This document shows positions 1 through 13,300 of a stretch of DNA of 64,000 nucleotides, piece after piece. Under the pieces are notes generated by a model, which ran no database searches, had not been told where the DNA came from, and saw only the letters and a program-made list of their open reading frames with translations. The DNA is taken from positions 20,026,001 to 20,090,000 of the forward strand of contig NC_043016.1 in the NCBI RefSeq assembly GCF_006345805.1, written 5' to 3'. A program made the translations under genes and the position numbers. This DNA comes from Octopus sinensis (taxonomy: Eukaryota). The first letter of the stretch is position 1, and each line of letters starts with the position of its first letter.

Positions 1-170
1 CTACGTTCTGAGTTCAAATTCCGCCGAGGTCGACTTTGCCTTTCATCCTTTCAGGATCGATAAATTAAGGACCAGTTACGCACTGGGGTCGATATAATCG
101 ACTTAATCCGGTTGTCTGTCCTTGTTTGTCCTCTCTGTGTTTAGCCCCTTGTGGGTAGTAAAGAAATGGG
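1..170 (+). mobile_element. SINE family A (tRNA-like B box plus gaggtcgactttgcctttcatcc central domain); 5' end cut by window edge
   Basis: Same sequence recurs at 5151-5364, ~9255-9484, ~29800-30034, ~47225-47450 (+) and 28883-29112 (-). Confidence 0.85.
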
Positions 171-686
171 TATGAAATTCATTGTCACTGCTCTGATTTG
201 GTGCCCTTCCTAATGCCAACCACTTTGCAAAGTGTACTGGGTGCTTTTTACACTCACCAGCACAAGTGCATCTATGCAGCACCAGCATGAGTGCATTTTA
301 CGTGGCATTGGGACCTGTAAAGGGCACGCCTGTATGTATAGATGATCACAATTCTATTTAGCTTGATGTGTCTTCTCAAGCACAGCAAATCACTACAACT
401 CTCAGTCCCTTGTCATTTCCTCAGTCAGGTCCAGTGTCTGAAAAAAGGGTGGCACTTTTGGGTCAGCTGTAGGCAATATGTGTTTTTTTGTGGGTGTGGA
501 TGTGACAAACAGAAGGGCTGCCCCAGGTAGCACACTCTCTAGCTATACTAGTGCCCATGCCTTCCTGGGTCTACCCCTTCCACAGATTCCCTCCTCAATT
601 AGAGCTCAGTACTTCTTTACACAGCTATCCTCATCTATACACATTGCATGGCAAATGCAGGACAGTCCTCTCCCTTACACACAGAT

Positions 687-1220
687 ATCATCATCATCAT
701 CATCGTTTAACGTCTGTTTTCCATGCTAGCATGGGTTGGACGGTTCAACTAGGGTCTGGGGAGCCCGAAGGCTGCACCAGGCCAGTCAGATCTGGCAGTG
801 TTTCTACAGCTGGATGCCCTTCCTAACGCCAACCACTCCGTGAGTGTAGTGGGTGCTTTTTATGTGCCACCGACACAGGTGCTAGACGAGGCTAGCGAAC
901 GGCCACGCTCGGATGGTGTTTATTATGTGCCATCGACACAGGTGCCAGACAAGGCTGGCGAACGGCCACGCTCGGATGGTGTTTTTTACGTGCCACCGAC
1001 ACAGGTGCCAGATGAGGCTGGCGAACGGCCACGCTCGGATGGTGTTTTTTATGTGCCACCAACACAGGTGCCACCGACACAGGTGCCAGACGAGGCTGGC
1101 GAACGGCCACGCTCGGATGGTGTTTTTTTATGTGCCACCGACACAGGTACCAGACAAGGCTGGCGAACGGCCACACTCGGATGGTGTTCCATTGAATTCA
1201 TCGATTTTGATTTGATTTGA
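687..1220 (-). mobile_element. RTE LINE 3' UTR fragment with (GAT)n tail and ~63-bp internal VNTR
   Basis: Period 63 (units start at 864, 927, 990, 1053). The 3' end is homologous to the UTR that follows RTE coding sequence at 34290-35430 and 62510-63690. Confidence 0.85.
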
Positions 1221-1532
1221 TCTGTTTTGAATTAATCATGCATTATCTTGTCGCTATGAGATTTTGATGAGGTAGTTGTTAATTTTTAAAACGATATTGT
1301 ACGGTTGGTGTGAGAGGCCAGATCTGGCCACTTTGACCATAAAACAGGGAGAATGCTTTTGGCCGGATATGGCCAGTTTAAATGCTAAAGGGTTAAAGAT
1401 ATTTCTTTTTCTCCACCTTCCCCCACTCCTCCTTGCTTTCCTTCCTGCTCATCCAAGTCACCCTCCCCATCATTATCTTTCCTTTTTTTTCCGTCTGTCT
1501 TATATCTTCTTCGTCTGTCCAATTTATTACAG

Positions 1533-1618
1533 GAAAATGATTCCAAGAGAATTCGAGCAATGAAAAAAGCCAATGACCAACGTGAACTGAAGAGAAGCAA
1601 AATGAGAGAGATAGCAAA
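1533..1618 (+). CDS. CCDC42: CCDC42-like exon
   Basis: ttacag|GAA...GCAAA|gtaagc; [28 protein letters not shown](K). Confidence 0.88.
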
Positions 1619-4600
1619 GTAAGCATACTAATGCAAGGGCTGCTGGCGGGCCTTTTGGGTGAATTTAGCAGACAGAAACTGAAAGTGGCCCATTGTATGT
1701 GTGTGCGCACGCATGAGTGTTTCTGTGAGTATGTTATTGAGTAGCCATGTAGATCCCTCTGCAGGAATCTGCCCTACCCTGTCTCTTTCATAGTAACGCC
1801 GTCATCTAGCATGAAGCTGATTCACCATCTACCACAGGGCTTGTGGTCATGTGAATTCCATGGTGTACTCAGTAGTGTGGATTCGGTAGACAGAAACTGA
1901 AAGAAGTCCATTGTGTGTATAAGTAAGTAAGTAAGTATGTATGTATGTTTATGTCAGGTCACTTTCATGTGCTACTGGTAACATGTAACCCAGTACAACC
2001 TGTTGCATGGTCGGGTTTGTCGGCGACTAAACCGGCAACCCCACCAAGCTTGCTTGGTGAGGAGGGTGTTTATTGGACACCCTGCGGGATGAAAAACAAA
2101 ACCCATCAAAGGGCAGAGGAACTCTTGAGAGATAACAGCCATCCAATAAATGTCTTAAGGCTGTATCATGTGCGGGGACATTGAAATAAGCGGACTGAAT
2201 ACCTGATTGCGCGGTTAAACCATTGGAAGTGAAGGACTCCTAGCCTTTGTTAGGGCATCCTTCTAGGAGAAGGTGACTCAGGTAACTGGGATAACTCCAA
2301 CATAAAACCTGCGGTTCAGTGGTTACCGATGATGTTGACTTGTTCTTCTTTTCGGATTATGGCTGCTGTTGCTTACTGAGTGGGATTGACTCTGTGCACA
2401 GCCTTTCCTCACTTTACAAAAAATCTTCTTACACAGGCATTGCATGATAACAGCATTGATTAAGCTTCGTGCAATGGCCATACTGGATAATGAGGGGGCA
2501 GCCACCATGTATTTATGTATGTATGTGTGTGTGTGTGTGTATCTATGTATGTATGTATGTATGTATGTATATATATATATATATAATATAATTCGAGACA
2601 AAACCACTATTTTAAAACCAAACAAGGAAAGACTTAATCAATACATAAAATTTTAATATAAATTAAATAAACCGCCACTACAAATGTTTCATGTCTGCTC
2701 CGACAATCTTCAGGTGGATTTTCGATCTTCTAATCAGTATCAAATTTTGATACTGATTAGAAGATCGAAAATCCACCTGAAAATTGTCGGAGCAGACATG
2801 AAACATTGTAGTGGCGGTTTATTTAATTTATATTAAAATTTTATGTATTGATTAAGTCTTTCCTTGTTTGGTTTTAAAATAGTGGTTTTGTCTCGAATTA
2901 TATTATATAATATTTTACTATAAAATGGATTTAACCCTAAATCTGATTTTTCCCTGTAATTTTGGATTCATTCCCTAATATTTATTATTATTATATATAT
3001 ATATATATATATCATCATCATCATTTAACATCCTCCTTCTAAGAAGAAAAAGGACTGTGTTAAATGTTTTGAGAAACAAACTTTGTGTTGTTAAATGTTA
3101 AATGTGTTTTTTAAGGAACTAAGGAAAGAAAAAAAAGAACTTTCCAAAGTTGTTGAATGTTTTGTTAAAAAAAATTTTACTTTGACTACGCAACACTTGC
3201 GTGTGTTATTTTTGTTGTTGTTGTTGGCTCCACTGGCTGTGTTTCGCTGCTTCCCTGTCCAGAGTGGGTTTCTGATTTACTGAGCGTCGTCGCACGCGAG
3301 CTTCTCGGGGCCAGCAAACCGCGGGCTATTTGTCTGAGGACCCATGGTGGCATCATAGGCCTGCGTGCGGCGTAACATTCTATGTGTGTGAATGCTTTGT
3401 GCCTCTGTTTGTCTCCCACCACCACTTGGCAACTGCTGTTGGTGTGTTTATGTCCCCATAACTTTGTGCTTCAGCACAAAAGAGATCAACAGAATAATTA
3501 CTAGGTTCCTCTGAGGTGGTGCCACAGCATGGCCACAGTCTACTGACTGCAACAAGTAAAAGCTAAAAGCTAAATAAAAATGTGTGTGTCTCCAGTTTGT
3601 TTTAATCCAAAATGGAGTCAATAATTTTTTTGTCATTGGCTTGAATAATTGTTGAGATTTTCCTTAACATGAAACCAATGGCAGCCTTAACACACACATG
3701 TACACACATTCTGTAATTCTGTATTAAAGCTACCATCCTTTCTAACACTGGACTTTTTATTTGCTGATGACCAATTGACCAATGACCAATTCTGCTGCAA
3801 CCTTCCACATCAAATTAGGGTTTATGAAAAATTTTGTAAAGGCCATGAACAAGAATGGCGCTGCTTTCAAGTACCTGGAGTCAAAGTTTCTTCATATAAG
3901 TGAAGGCAAGTATTTGGAGGAAGCATTGGCAGGTGTCAAGGTGAATGCCTGATTTTCCTTCAAGCAGCTTGTCCAAAACTTCTTGGGAAACAACCACTCA
4001 CCAGAATATGAAAAAAAAAATGGTCCAAGACCTGATATCAAGTTTCCAAAAACTAGGGTAAAGAATGAGTGTCAAGATGCACTTTTTGCACTCACATCTT
4101 GATTATTTTCCCAAGAATTGTAAGGACTACAGTGAGTTTCAAGGAGAAAGATTCAATCAGTATATTTGCACCATGGAAACTCAATACCAGGGCAAATGGA
4201 ATGTCAGCATGATGGCAGATTACTGCTGGACATTGAAACATAATGTTTTGGATGCACAGCACAAGTGGAATTCAAGGCAGTCCTCCTTTCTTTGAATCAA
4301 TATGTAGGCTAGCCATTTGGAACACAATTTTTTTACATTCATTTGATTTGATATTGACTCATGATTCATATCAAAACGAACATGAATCATTTTATGTTCA
4401 TTTGGAATAACAGAATAACTTGAAACTAACAGAATATACTTGCTTCATTTAATAAAGTAATAATTTGTTAAAAATTCAAAATTTTTATAATCATTAATTT
4501 ATATTTTATAGTAAAAACCTTATGTGATAGAGCAAAATAGTTTAGATATCTGAAATCAGCAACTCAGGAATATGTGAGATCATATCCATGAATAAAAATA

Positions 4601-6801
4601 AAAATAAAATATTCCCAAATGCAGACCAGTGAAATGATTAACAGTAACAGCAACAGGCTGTTGCTCTGTTCAAACAGGAATACTGTACTCTTGTTCTGTT
4701 ATACATAATGGAAACTTGCTAAGATCTTGTCTAATGACCCTGTAGGCTTATGACTGACTTGATGTGTTAGACACCCCACCACCACCACCATCCACACTGC
4801 CACCATTTTCAAAACCATTTTGCTTTTTCATTGTTGTATTTTTTTGTTATATTTATATTACTTGTTTTATTTATTTCCATTTCTCTTTTTAAGATTTCAA
4901 GATGATTTACGAAATCTGCTCATTGTAAATAACCAACTGAAAAAGAAGCAGAAAGTCTATCACAAATTTTGCTTATTCATGCAAAAAGTCTTAAATTCTT
5001 GTGATGAATTCCATGAGATCAGAGATATTATTGCAAGATACGATACCTTAATTTCAACATATACTGTAAGATATAGTTCTCTTTATTGAATTTTACTATA
5101 AGACATTTTGAAGAAAGAAAACTATTTATTGCAGGTTTATAGGGCGAAAAAGGTGGCGAGCTGGCAGAAACGTTAGCGCACTGGGCGAAATGCTTTTGTT
5201 CTGAGTTCAAATTCCACCGAGGTCGACTTTGTCTTTCATTCTTTCGGGGTTGATAAATTAAGCACCAGTTACGCACTGGGGTCGATATAATCGACTTAAT
5301 CCGTTTGTCTGTCCTTGTTTGTCCCCTCTATGTTTAGTCCCTTGTGGGTAGTAAAGAAATAGGTTTATAGCAGAGTTGTTGATGCTGTTGTTGTTTGGCT
5401 GTGTAGCATGACAAAAGAAGCCTGTGTGATTTTGTACGAGATCTTGCCGGCAGCCATTACCATGTCCGAGACAAGAGTGAGATCTTGTCTACAACCATTT
5501 GCCATATGCAAAACCACAGCAAGACTCTTGTTGGCAACTACTATTTAAGCAGGTATATTAATGGATTAACTCTCTTCCTTCTTGCTTACGCTGAGAAACA
5601 CTGCAAGTTGGCAGCTCACAGTGGATTCTTATCCTGCTCTAACTTCACCAGTTATCTCCAGAGGTACACAGGAGTGAAGAAATAATGAACCACACACTGC
5701 CATAAAGATGGTCACTGGGAACGAGCCAAATGAATGCCTTATATATATATATACAGATAAATGGGAATTTTTGTCAGTCTATCTGTTACCATCTTGGTGC
5801 CTAAACCAGCAAACCAATATTCACGAAACTTTGCATACATGTTACACCAACATCCAGTTCAATAATAGGCTAATTTGGATTTCAATAAAGATCAGTAATG
5901 TACCTCCCAGGGACATTGGGTGAATTATATGATAAAATGAGAAGGTTGCAAAAAAGTATTAATGTGAGGGAAAGACAGTAAGAGAGTGAGAATGACTTAT
6001 ATCAGTGAAGGCGAGAACATCGGTGGCAATGGGATAGTAACATTAATATAGCTGTCATATACATGCGATGCTGTGTACACACACACAGGTGGATGGGAGG
6101 AATACATAGCTTTAAAGAAAGAGGAATCAGTGGCTTTTCTGCTGTCCATCTCAAAGAAACACTCACACACAGACACACACACATACACACGCACACATAC
6201 ATAGATATACATATATACATGCATACATATGTACACGCATACATACATGTCTGCTATACATTTTAAATTTGTGATTACCTGTCTGTACATTTGTAAATGA
6301 GTATCCAAATTTAGTATATCGAAATAAATTTCCACATTAAATCTGATTTTGTTATTTATTTGTTCCAGAAAACTTGCAGAAAAATGTTACTGAGGTTTAA
6401 ATTTTAATTGAATTTTACCTTATCAGAAAACAGGATTTGGAAGCTGGCATTTTCTACATGATAGCTGGCATTTTCTGCATGATAGCTGTCTATCACAAAA
6501 TGAAAGCAAAATCATTAGGAGAAGGAATTTTTATTAAACAAATGAAAGCAAAGCATTACAACAACCAAAGTTGTAAGAACTTCTCAAGTTTTAATGAATA
6601 AAGTTATGTGAAACGGGTGAACAGATATGTAAATAATTTTAAAAGGAAGAAAATCCTCAACAAAGTTTTTTGGCAGAAAACTGCACAAATCTGTCCTGAT
6701 CAAGAGGCCTATCAGTCGGGGAAGACAGGTTCTGACATTAAATAAAAATTTATATAAGATATTATATTGTAAAAATTGCCTGGTAATGATGGGCTTTTCA
6801 G

Positions 6802-6856
<55 letters not shown>

Positions 6857-7287
6857 CTACTATCATACCACCTGCATCCTTTATTATTCTCCCTTCTCTT
6901 TCCCCTTCTTCTTCTTCTTCTTCTTCTTCTTCTTCTTCTTCTTCTTCTCTTCTTCTTCTTCTTCTTCTTCTTCTCTTCTTTTTTTCTTCTTCTTCTTCTT
7001 CTCCTTCTCCTTCTCCTCCTCCTCTTCCTCTCTGCCACCTCCTTCCTTACTTTACTACTACTGCTGTTTAGAATATCACCTATGCAAATATCATAAACAA
7101 TATATTGAAAAGAGATGTCTCAAGAATTCAACCACTATATATATATATATATGTATATATATATAGATATATATGTATGTATATATATAGATAGATATAT
7201 ATAGATAGATATATACATGTGTATATATATATATATATTATATGTGTGTGTATATATATATATATGTATATACATATATATATACAT

Positions 7288-7327
<40 letters not shown>

Positions 7328-10300
7328 TGGCAAAAGCGGTAAGATAACAAAAGAAAGAAAGAGACCTCAATATTATGTAAATAGAGGAAATTTATCTATA
7401 AAATAATATGTTACATTTACTCAATAGTCAAGATAAAACTCTGAGTTTCAGATGCCGAAGTGGAAATCCACAACACCATCTCTTCGGTTATCTAGCCATC
7501 TGAAAAACGCTATGAAAAAATACCGTTATATAAAGGGAAATTATTGTGTTATATATATATATATATACACACACGCACATATATATAATATTTTCTTACA
7601 TCTGTAAAAATGGCTTATTAATGACCACTGTTGTTTATAATATTCTCCCTGATGAGATTGATACATTATTCCACATTATTCTTCCTCTTGGATTAATTTT
7701 AATGCATCAATCGAAACATATGTCAATGATATGGTGATATTGTTTTTTTGTGGGTTTTTTTTTCAGGATTTACTTGACACTGAAAGAAAACATCAAGACT
7801 TAATTGAAGCTATTAAACTAAAGATTCATAGTGTCACTGAAGTGAGTTCTTCAACTTTATTTCTCCAAAGTGTTGTCATCAGCGTCAGTGTTATTTTTGT
7901 ACATCTGTTTGTCCATGTTATCGTTGATTTGAGAATCCTGTCATTGTCTTGTTGTTTTTTTTTTTTCTTTTCCAAAATCTTTATAGTTAGATGTCCTTCC
8001 TCTTGATAACGATCCTATAACTTGGAAACTGGATTTTATTATTCCACAGGCACTAGAATTACTGTCTACAGCAAGATTGGCTCTTTAGCCAAATGTAATG
8101 TCAAATGTAATGTTAATTAATTCACATTGTTTTGAATAAATCATGCACTATCTTGTAGCAATAAGATTTCAGTGATGTGGTTGTTTATTTTTAAAATGAC
8201 ATTCTAAGGTCGGTGTGAAAGGCTGGATCTCACCAGTTTGAGTTTAAAACAGGCAGAATATTTGGGTCAGATATCGCCAATCTAAATGCTAAAGTAGTAA
8301 TTGTATTATTTTTTATTTTGGAGTTACTGTTCTCTTAACACTTTCATTACCAACCTGGCTGAAACTGCTTCTGGCTCTGTAGTACAAACGTTTTGTTTTA
8401 ATAAGTTTTGAATTAAAATCTTCCACCAAACCTTAGTCACAATTTTGCTAAATTCTTTGTTATATTTAAAGTTATATTTAAAGTGCATCTCAAAATAATA
8501 TTTTTATATTTAAAGTGCATCTCAAAATAAATATAGTAATGAAAGGGTTAAATAGGTTGCCTGTACTCTGTCTTAAATAGGTTGCCTGTACTCTGTCTTA
8601 AATAGGTTGCCTGTACTCTGTCTTAAATAGGTTGCCTGTACTCTGTCTTAAATTGGTTGCCTGTACTCTGTCTTAAATAGGTTGCCTGTACTCTGTCTTA
8701 AATTGGTTGCCTGTACTCTGTCTTAAATAGGTTGCATGTACTCTGTCTTGCCAAGTCCATATTTTCTTTCAGCTATTAAAGCAAATGGGTCACTTCCCAT
8801 AGACTTTTAGGTTTGTTTGTTTTTTGTAGAATGCTCAACTTCCTAGTGGGGCCAATTCTTTATGACTGGAGACTCAATGTCTCTCCAAGATGTAGAAGAA
8901 GAGATGTGTATCTAGAAAGGTAATCAATGGCACTGTAGATGGTCATGCATAAGGCCTGTTGTGTAGGTAGGAAGAAGGAACTTGCAATGTGAATTAGAGA
9001 AGGCTTGGAATTTTCGTTTATGTTCTTATTGCTGTTCCTGGAAATTCTGTTTTTGGTCTTGTTCTGCTATTGCCATTGTTGATATTGTTTTTGTTGTCTT
9101 TGTTGAGATTATTGATTTGGGTATTCCACTGCTGCTGCTGCTGTTGTAGGTGCTGTTGTTTTTGATGTCGTTGTTGTTGCTGCAAGGTGGTGGGCTGGCA
9201 GAAATGTTAGCATGCTGGGTGAAATGCTTAACGGCATTTTATCTGTCTATGGTGGCAAGCTGGCAGAGTTGTTAGCATGCTGGGTGAAATGCTTAGCGGT
9301 ATTTCGTCTGCTATTATGTAGTGAGTTCAAATTCTGCCGAAGTCGACTTTGCCTTCCATCCTTTCGGGGTCGATAAATTAAGTACCAGTCACGCACTGGG
9401 GTCGATGTAATCGACTTAATCCATTTGTCTGTCCTTGTTTGTCCCCTCTATGTTTAGCCCCTTGTGGGTAGTAAATAAATAGGTGTTTTATCTGTCTATG
9501 TTCTGAGTTTAAATTCTGCCAAGGTCGACTTGGCTTTACATCCTTTCGGGATTGATAAATTAAGTACCAGTTGTATACTGGGATCAATCTAATTGACTGG
9601 CCCCTTCCCCCAAAAATTTCGGGCCTTGTGCCTAGAGTAGAAAAGAATGTTGTTGTTGCTGCATTTTTACAGCATTTTGTTATGAGCTTTTGCAATCCGA
9701 CTTTGAATCCTGCCAAAGTCAATTTTGCCTTTATCATTCCAGGAGAGGAAGGAGCTACATAAAATAAAGATTGTAATTGACTTCTATGCCTCCCCCCATA
9801 ATATTTCTGGCTTTCTTTTTATATAAGAAATTATTTTGTTTTTATTAAAGCTATTACATGCTACATTCATTTTCAAGAATCTTTCTTAGGATCCTTGAAT
9901 AACACAGGATTGCACTTTTCTGCAGGTTGACAATGCATGTCTCAATTTGAATGCTTTCACCCTCTTACATAGCATTTTGAAGGTTGTGCCAAATACACCA
10001 ATTATCACAAATAATAGTTATCTTACTCTCTTCAGCTCTTCTTCAGCTCTTCAACTTTCTGGCTAGATTCTGGTATTTCTCAATTTTTTCCCATTTCTTT
10101 TGTATCCACTCTATTATTATGTGGTACTGCAAAGTCAATGCCCTTATACTGTTTGTTTATTTTGTTTACTATAATCATATCTATTCTTCTTGCTTCAATA
10201 GTGTGGTCACACATTATGAGAAACTACAATAAAAATCCTGTAATTAGTATCCTCTTCACAGCCTCTAGCTCATATTCATACCATTTTTGTTTTGGTACTT

Positions 10301-13300
10301 TGAATGTACACACTCAGATGACATCCCACCACACTCCTTTTAGATACTCAGTCATTCTTTCACTTCTACATTTTGTTTGCTAGCTTACTGCATTCACTCA
10401 AGAGATGGTTAAAACTTTCATGTCCTTTTTTGCAAATTCTGCATTTGCCCTCTGACTGTTACATCAATCTTTGTCTTTATCAAAGTCTTCTTAATGGCTT
10501 GTTGTTGTGTAGTTATAATTAGCAGTCTGGTGTCTTGCTTTAAGTTTCAATCTGTCAGCTATAACAGTTGTTCTTTACTTCCAATATCCTTGATTTGGGG
10601 CATGAATTAGCTATGTAATTTTATTTCTTTACATCTGCTTGCACTATTATTCGTCCTTCCATTCTTGAATTCTCCTATTGTTACAGTAATGTTTTGGATA
10701 TCTCTAGCTGCCAACAGTATTCTTTCTTCACTTTGCAGAACATAATATTTTAATAATGCAGTACTAACAAACAGCGTCTTCTACGTTTAGTAATCCTCTG
10801 TCTTCTTCCTTTCTATGTAGGTAGAATTTGTTGGTACTATGTTTAGGGTGGTGTGTGTTGTGATTTGTAAGAAGCTCCCTGGTTCTTCCAAGTCCTTTGG
10901 TTCAGTATTTGTCCATTTCAGAAAAATTATTATTATTATGTTTATTATTTCCCTTGATATTGCTAAATAACAAATAGCTGCTGAGTGTATATATTTATTT
11001 TTATGCCTTTCTTCTTGACCATTTGTGGGTCAAAGAGGCACACAGCATCAACTATATGGCACCTGTGGTGCATCTTGTCCACCACCACTAGGTCCAGCCT
11101 GTTATGCTCTAGCATCTGATGAGGATTTTGCTAGTCTCCGACACCGTCACTCCCTGGTTTGTGCTCAAACCAATGCCTTGCTTCTCTTTAACTCCCACTT
11201 TTCACACAGTTTTCAATGTAGCACTTTTATTACCTAATCATGTCACCATGACTTGTAGTGGTTTTAGGCGAGTCTAGGGCATTTGTTTGCGATATGGACA
11301 ATATGGGTTTTGTCTACTCTATTACAAATGTCGTACAGATGGAGACACTTGTTCGTTCCTAAGGTTGACCCTACAATTTGTGGCCAAAATTTGGTCTTAT
11401 GCACTAAGACTCTTTTTTCTGAGTTCCTTTCTTCAGCCAGGATCATCATCATCATCATCATTATTATTATTATTGATAAAAATAATGCTAATAATATTAC
11501 TACTGTTGTTATTGTTATTGTTTCTTATTTTGCTAACTTTCTGCCTTAATCCAATTCAGGAAAAATGCAATGAAATCCTTGCACACAACAACCAGCTAAG
11601 TAACCTTCAGGTCAAGTATGAAACTACGCGCAGCAGACGCATCCAGTTAGATTCTGTGTATAGCCATGTACACAACACAGCAAGCGTAAAAGCTCTAAAG
11701 TCCGGACAAATCCGAATGTGTGTTTAAGTATACTATCATTGTCATCAACATCGTTGTTGTCATCACCACCACCACCACCACCACCACCACTGTCATCATT
11801 ATCATCATCATCATCACCACCACTTCCACCACCACGACCACCGTCATTTTACATCTGTTTCCCATGCTAGCATGGCTTGGATGGGTCATTATAGTCTGAG
11901 TCTGCTTTCATAGGTTGGTGCTCATACAACATCATCATCATCATAATTTAACGTCCATTTTCCATGAGTTGGATGGTTGACAGGACCTGACAAGGCTAGG
12001 GGCCACATCAGGTCACATAGTCTATTTTGACATTGTTTCTACAGCTAGATGCCCTTCCTAATGCCAACCACTCTATAGAGTGTACTGAGTGATTTTTACA
12101 TGGCCCCAGCACCAGTACATTTTATATGGCACCGGTGCTTTTTATGTGACACCAGCACTAGTGCTTCTTACAGGGCACCAGCATCAGTGCTAAGTCATAT
12201 ATTGTCCTAATCATTGTTATCATTTTACCATCCACTTTTCCATGCTTGCATAAATCAGACAGATTTCATTGAGGCAAATTGTCTATGGCAGGAGGTTGCC
12301 TTCTTGTTGCTAATCCTCACCTGCTTTCAAGCTAGGTAATATTTCACCTTGCCCAGACATGTTTCCATGGAGGATCAGAAACGAAGTACTCTGCTTGTAT
12401 GATGTTGACACTTTCATCACACAAGACTACCAACACAGTCTTCTCCCTTGCACACCACATACACAGTTTTTCTTTCAACACATTTGCACATCCAGCAAAG
12501 CATGCTTGCTTCATTTCTTTCAAGCCTCTGCATGTCCTCTGCATTCATGGCCCACATTTCACTACAAGGTAAAATAGCTGTTCATACACAAGCATCATAT
12601 AATCTACCTATTGCTCTAAGAGAGAAACCTTTTGTTACCATCAGAGGTAATAGTTCTTATTCAATCAACTATACTTACATAACATCCTCCTCCACCGTTA
12701 ATTAAGTCCCTTAGATAGCAGAAACTATCCACTACTTCTAAGGATCCTCCTAAGTATTTGAGGAAATCTATTCCTCTGTATCTTCATTGAGTATTGCTTC
12801 TGCACATCTATCTTACATAAATTCTACTTCCTCTGTTAACCTTCTTGTGATTCCATTGCACCTCTTATGTGCCCATAATTTGCACTGAGTACACTATGGA
12901 ATTTCTACCAACACCTTTTCTACATAGTGAGGGCCAGTTAACCTGAAGGGTTTAACGTTCTGTCAGTTTTCCTATTCACCAGAAATTTGGCTTTTGCTAA
13001 TATAACTGTTGCAATTAACTCTGCTTGTTTAACTGTTTGATTCTAGATTTTGCTTCCACACCTGGAATTTAATTTCTAAATCTTACTGCATCAGCTATAA
13101 GAACAAGGTCATCAGCGCTAAGGAATTTCCATGGGCAACCAGCCTTAAATTCCTCCATTATGGCCTGGAGGACTATGATAAGACGGTCCTGATAAGTGAA
13201 CCCTGGTGAACTCCTTCCTGCTCATCAAATTTATCTCTGTACTTATTTCTGACTCTCTCACCTTACTGACAGCATCCCTGTACATGATTTGAACAGCTTT

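Noticed and set aside
798-1220. 140-aa ORF with 21-aa repeats ([21 protein letters not shown]), and similar ORFs at 33587-35227 and 49931-50461
   Set aside because: These are translations of the 63-bp VNTR in LINE 3' UTRs. Frames differ among copies and there are no splice signals.
8548-8749. CRISPR-like regular repeat
   Set aside because: Units are contiguous with no unique spacers, the context is eukaryotic, and there are no cas genes.
11113-11152. CTGATGA...GACAC-C-GTC hammerhead-like string
   Set aside because: GAAA is broken and no stem I pairing was found.
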